Of a DNA stretch of 64,000 nt, positions 62,159 to 64,000 are shown one piece after another (within the stretch, counting starts at the first letter, position 1; every line of letters starts with the position of its first letter). Source of the stretch: an uncultured Pseudomonadota bacterium. GTDB lineage: Bacteria; Myxococcota_A; Polyangia; Fen-1088. The translations under genes were made by a program, and so were the position numbers. The notes below the pieces were generated by a model. That model was given only the letters and a program-made list of their open reading frames with translations. It was not told where the DNA came from and made no database searches. The stretch covers positions 717,917 through 781,916 of the forward strand of contig CAVQDT010000006.1 in NCBI GenBank assembly GCA_963711305.1, written 5' to 3'.

Positions 62159-63487
62159 ATGCCGAAACGCCTCGCGCTTTGTCTGTCCTTGCTCGCCACC
62201 GCCACCCTCGGGGGGTGCGGCAACCAGAATGCTGGCACGTCCGACGGATCCAGCGTGGGCGGACGCTCCGGGACCGGCGGCGCCGCTACCGGTAGCGGCG
62301 GTACCACGGGCAGCGGCAGCGGCGGCAACGGCACGACCAGCGGCGCCGGCGGCGCAGTCACCGGCACAGGCGGCGGAAACAGCGGCAGCGGCGGCGCGCC
62401 GACCGGTACCGGCGGCGCGAGCACCGGCGCGGGCGGTGCGGCCGGCGCCGGCGGCAACAACTTGCCGAGCTTCTTCTTCGGCGCCGACATTACGGATCAG
62501 GAGCCGGCGCCCGCGGCCGCGATCAGCAATCTCCTGACGCAGATGAAGGCGCACGGTTTCAACTTCGTCCGCCTGCGCACCTTCGTCGATCCACGGGCCG
62601 CCGACGGCTACGACAAGACCAACGGCTTCGACGACATCACGCATACGGTCGCGTTCGGCAAGGTGATCAAGGACGCGGGGATGGGGCTGCTCATCGACTT
62701 TCACATGAGCGACAACTGGGCCGATCCCGGCAAGCAATGCGTTCCGGTGGCGTGGCAGACGCTGGCGACGATCGCCGATCTGTCGGCCGCGCTGCACGAC
62801 TACACCAAGAGCGCGATCACGGCGTTGATCGCGGGCGGCGCGCGGCCCGACATGGTGCAGATCGGCAACGAGACCACGCCGGGAATGTTGCTGCACGTGT
62901 GCAGCGCCCAGGGCCAGCCGACCGGCTCCAACCAGATCCAGGGCGCCGCCACCACCGCCGGTTGGCCCAACCTCGGCATGTTGTTGAAGGCGGGTGTCGC
63001 CGCCGTCAAGGAGGTCGACCCGAGCATTCTGGTGTCGTTTCACATCGATCGCGGCAACGACTTCGCGGCGAGCAAGAACTGGATCGACAACGCCATCAAG
63101 CAGGGGGCGGTCTTCGACGCCTTCGGTGAATCCTGCTATCAGCAATACCAGGGCAATCCCAGCGATCCGGTCGCGACCAAGGCGGGCTGGATGTCGACGT
63201 TCACGCAGCTCACCACTACCTATCCCAATCTGCGTTTCTTCGCCGCCGAGTACGGGCCGATGGAGCGCGAGATCAACGACGTCGTATTCAACCTGCCCGG
63301 CAACAAGGGGATGGGCACCTTCGATTGGGAACCGACCAGCGGGGGCACCTGGAACGCCGCGCAGCCGTCGGACCCGATGGGAACCACGACGCACGCGCTG
63401 TTCCGCCGCAACGGCAACACCTACACCGCTCTCGCGGACCTGCCGCTGTACACGCAGATGATGATGGACTACGCCTCGCGGTTGTAG
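62159..63487 (+). CDS. Arabinogalactan endo-1,4-beta-galactosidase (GH53) paralogue with a lipobox and a long Gly/Thr-rich linker; intact
   Basis: MPKRLALCLSLLATATLGGCG, then about 90 aa of GGxGG linker. The GH53 core is collinear with the previous gene: GFNFVRLRTFVDPRAADGYD, LIDFHMSDNWADPGKQCVP, VQIGNETTPG, FAAEYGP, GMGTFDWEPT. Confidence 0.85.
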   Translation: MPKRLALCLSLLATATLGGCGNQNAGTSDGSSVGGRSGTGGAATGSGGTTGSGSGGNGTTSGAGGAVTGTGGGNSGSGGAPTGTGGASTGAGGAAGAGGNNLPSFFFGADITDQEPAPAAAISNLLTQMKAHGFNFVRLRTFVDPRAADGYDKTNGFDDITHTVAFGKVIKDAGMGLLIDFHMSDNWADPGKQCVPVAWQTLATIADLSAALHDYTKSAITALIAGGARPDMVQIGNETTPGMLLHVCSAQGQPTGSNQIQGAATTAGWPNLGMLLKAGVAAVKEVDPSILVSFHIDRGNDFAASKNWIDNAIKQGAVFDAFGESCYQQYQGNPSDPVATKAGWMSTFTQLTTTYPNLRFFAAEYGPMEREINDVVFNLPGNKGMGTFDWEPTSGGTWNAAQPSDPMGTTTHALFRRNGNTYTALADLPLYTQMMMDYASRL

Positions 63488-63519
63488 CGGCGACCGTCAA
63501 CGTCAACGATCACGAGGAG

Positions 63520-64000
63520 TCAGGCCGGCGGCAGCGCTCCGCTGCGCAGGCGAACCGCCTGCGCGCGGTAACGCTCGACCGACTCGCGCAAGATTCGTCG
63601 CGCTTCGACGCGGTCGATGCGCCCGCCAACCTCGACGCTCTTCCCCTCGAGGATCTTGTAGTCCTCGAAGAAGCGGATCATCTCGTTCATCGAGTGCTTT
63701 GGCAGGTCGGCGATGTCCTGGTAGTCGGCCACCGCCGGGTCGTTGACGTGGACTGCAATGATCTTGGTGTCCACGCCGTGCTCGTCGCGCATGCGGAAGC
63801 CGCCGATCGCGCGCGCCTGCAGAATTGCCAGAGGCACGACCGGCTCCTGCCCCAAGACCAGCACGTCGAGCGGATCGTCGTCCTCCGCATACGTTCGCGG
63901 CACGAAGCCATAGTTCGCCGGATAGTGCACGGCCGAGTAGAGCACCCGATCGACGCGCAGCAATCCCGTGTGCTTGTCGAGCTCGTACTTGTTCTTGTCG
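63520..64000 (-). CDS. ppa: Inorganic pyrophosphatase (family I), 3' part; the gene continues beyond the window end
   Basis: [57 protein letters not shown]...[12 protein letters not shown]...[24 protein letters not shown]. The D-rich active-site pattern is diagnostic of family I PPases. Confidence 0.8.
   Translation of the reverse strand, partial: DKNKYELDKHTGLLRVDRVLYSAVHYPANYGFVPRTYAEDDDPLDVLVLGQEPVVPLAILQARAIGGFRMRDEHGVDTKIIAVHVNDPAVADYQDIADLPKHSMNEMIRFFEDYKILEGKSVEVGGRIDRVEARRILRESVERYRAQAVRLRSGALPPA

Noticed and set aside
1-64000. tRNA, rRNA, transposase, integrase, phage or toxin-antitoxin genes
   Set aside because: None could be recognised by eye. No cloverleaf-like conserved tRNA segments, no DDE or tyrosine-recombinase motifs and no IS terminal inverted repeats were seen, apart from the single hairpin element, which lacks any transposase.

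Overview
This is a high-GC (~70%) window, most likely from a Myxococcota-type genome. The evidence is a MYXO-CTERM-like tail on a secreted lyase, a PEGA-domain Ser/Thr kinase, and lipoprotein and TAT signals followed by Gly/Thr-rich GGxGG linkers on most exported enzymes. Content runs from the C-terminal ~2000 codons of a giant cyclic beta-1,2-glucan synthase (GT84/GH94, NdvB/ChvB-like) through a signalling patch (STAS protein, TPR protein, PEGA Ser/Thr kinase) into a large plant-cell-wall polysaccharide degradation region. That region covers pectin (CE8 methylesterase, two PL1 pectate lyases, a PL9-like beta-helix lyase, GH28), xylan (GH10, GH8), arabinan (GH54 AbfB-like, GH43, araB, araA with an embedded outer-membrane barrel) and galactan (two tandem GH53 paralogues). 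Also present are a carbohydrate ABC transporter with mmsA/iolA, porins, a LytS/LytTR two-component system, an ECF sigma/anti-sigma/exported-protein operon, uppS, and a partial ppa at the far end. Many clearly homologous genes carry single-base frameshifts, dense in the first ~16 kb and sparse after ~42 kb. This is either read error or pseudogenisation, and the gene extents below span the frameshifted pieces. The most unusual non-genic feature is a 152-bp near-perfect inverted repeat with three tandem 17-bp units in its loop, lying in-frame at the 3' end of the ferritin-like ORF just upstream of uppS. No rRNA, tRNA, CRISPR array, transposase or integrase could be recognised by eye.
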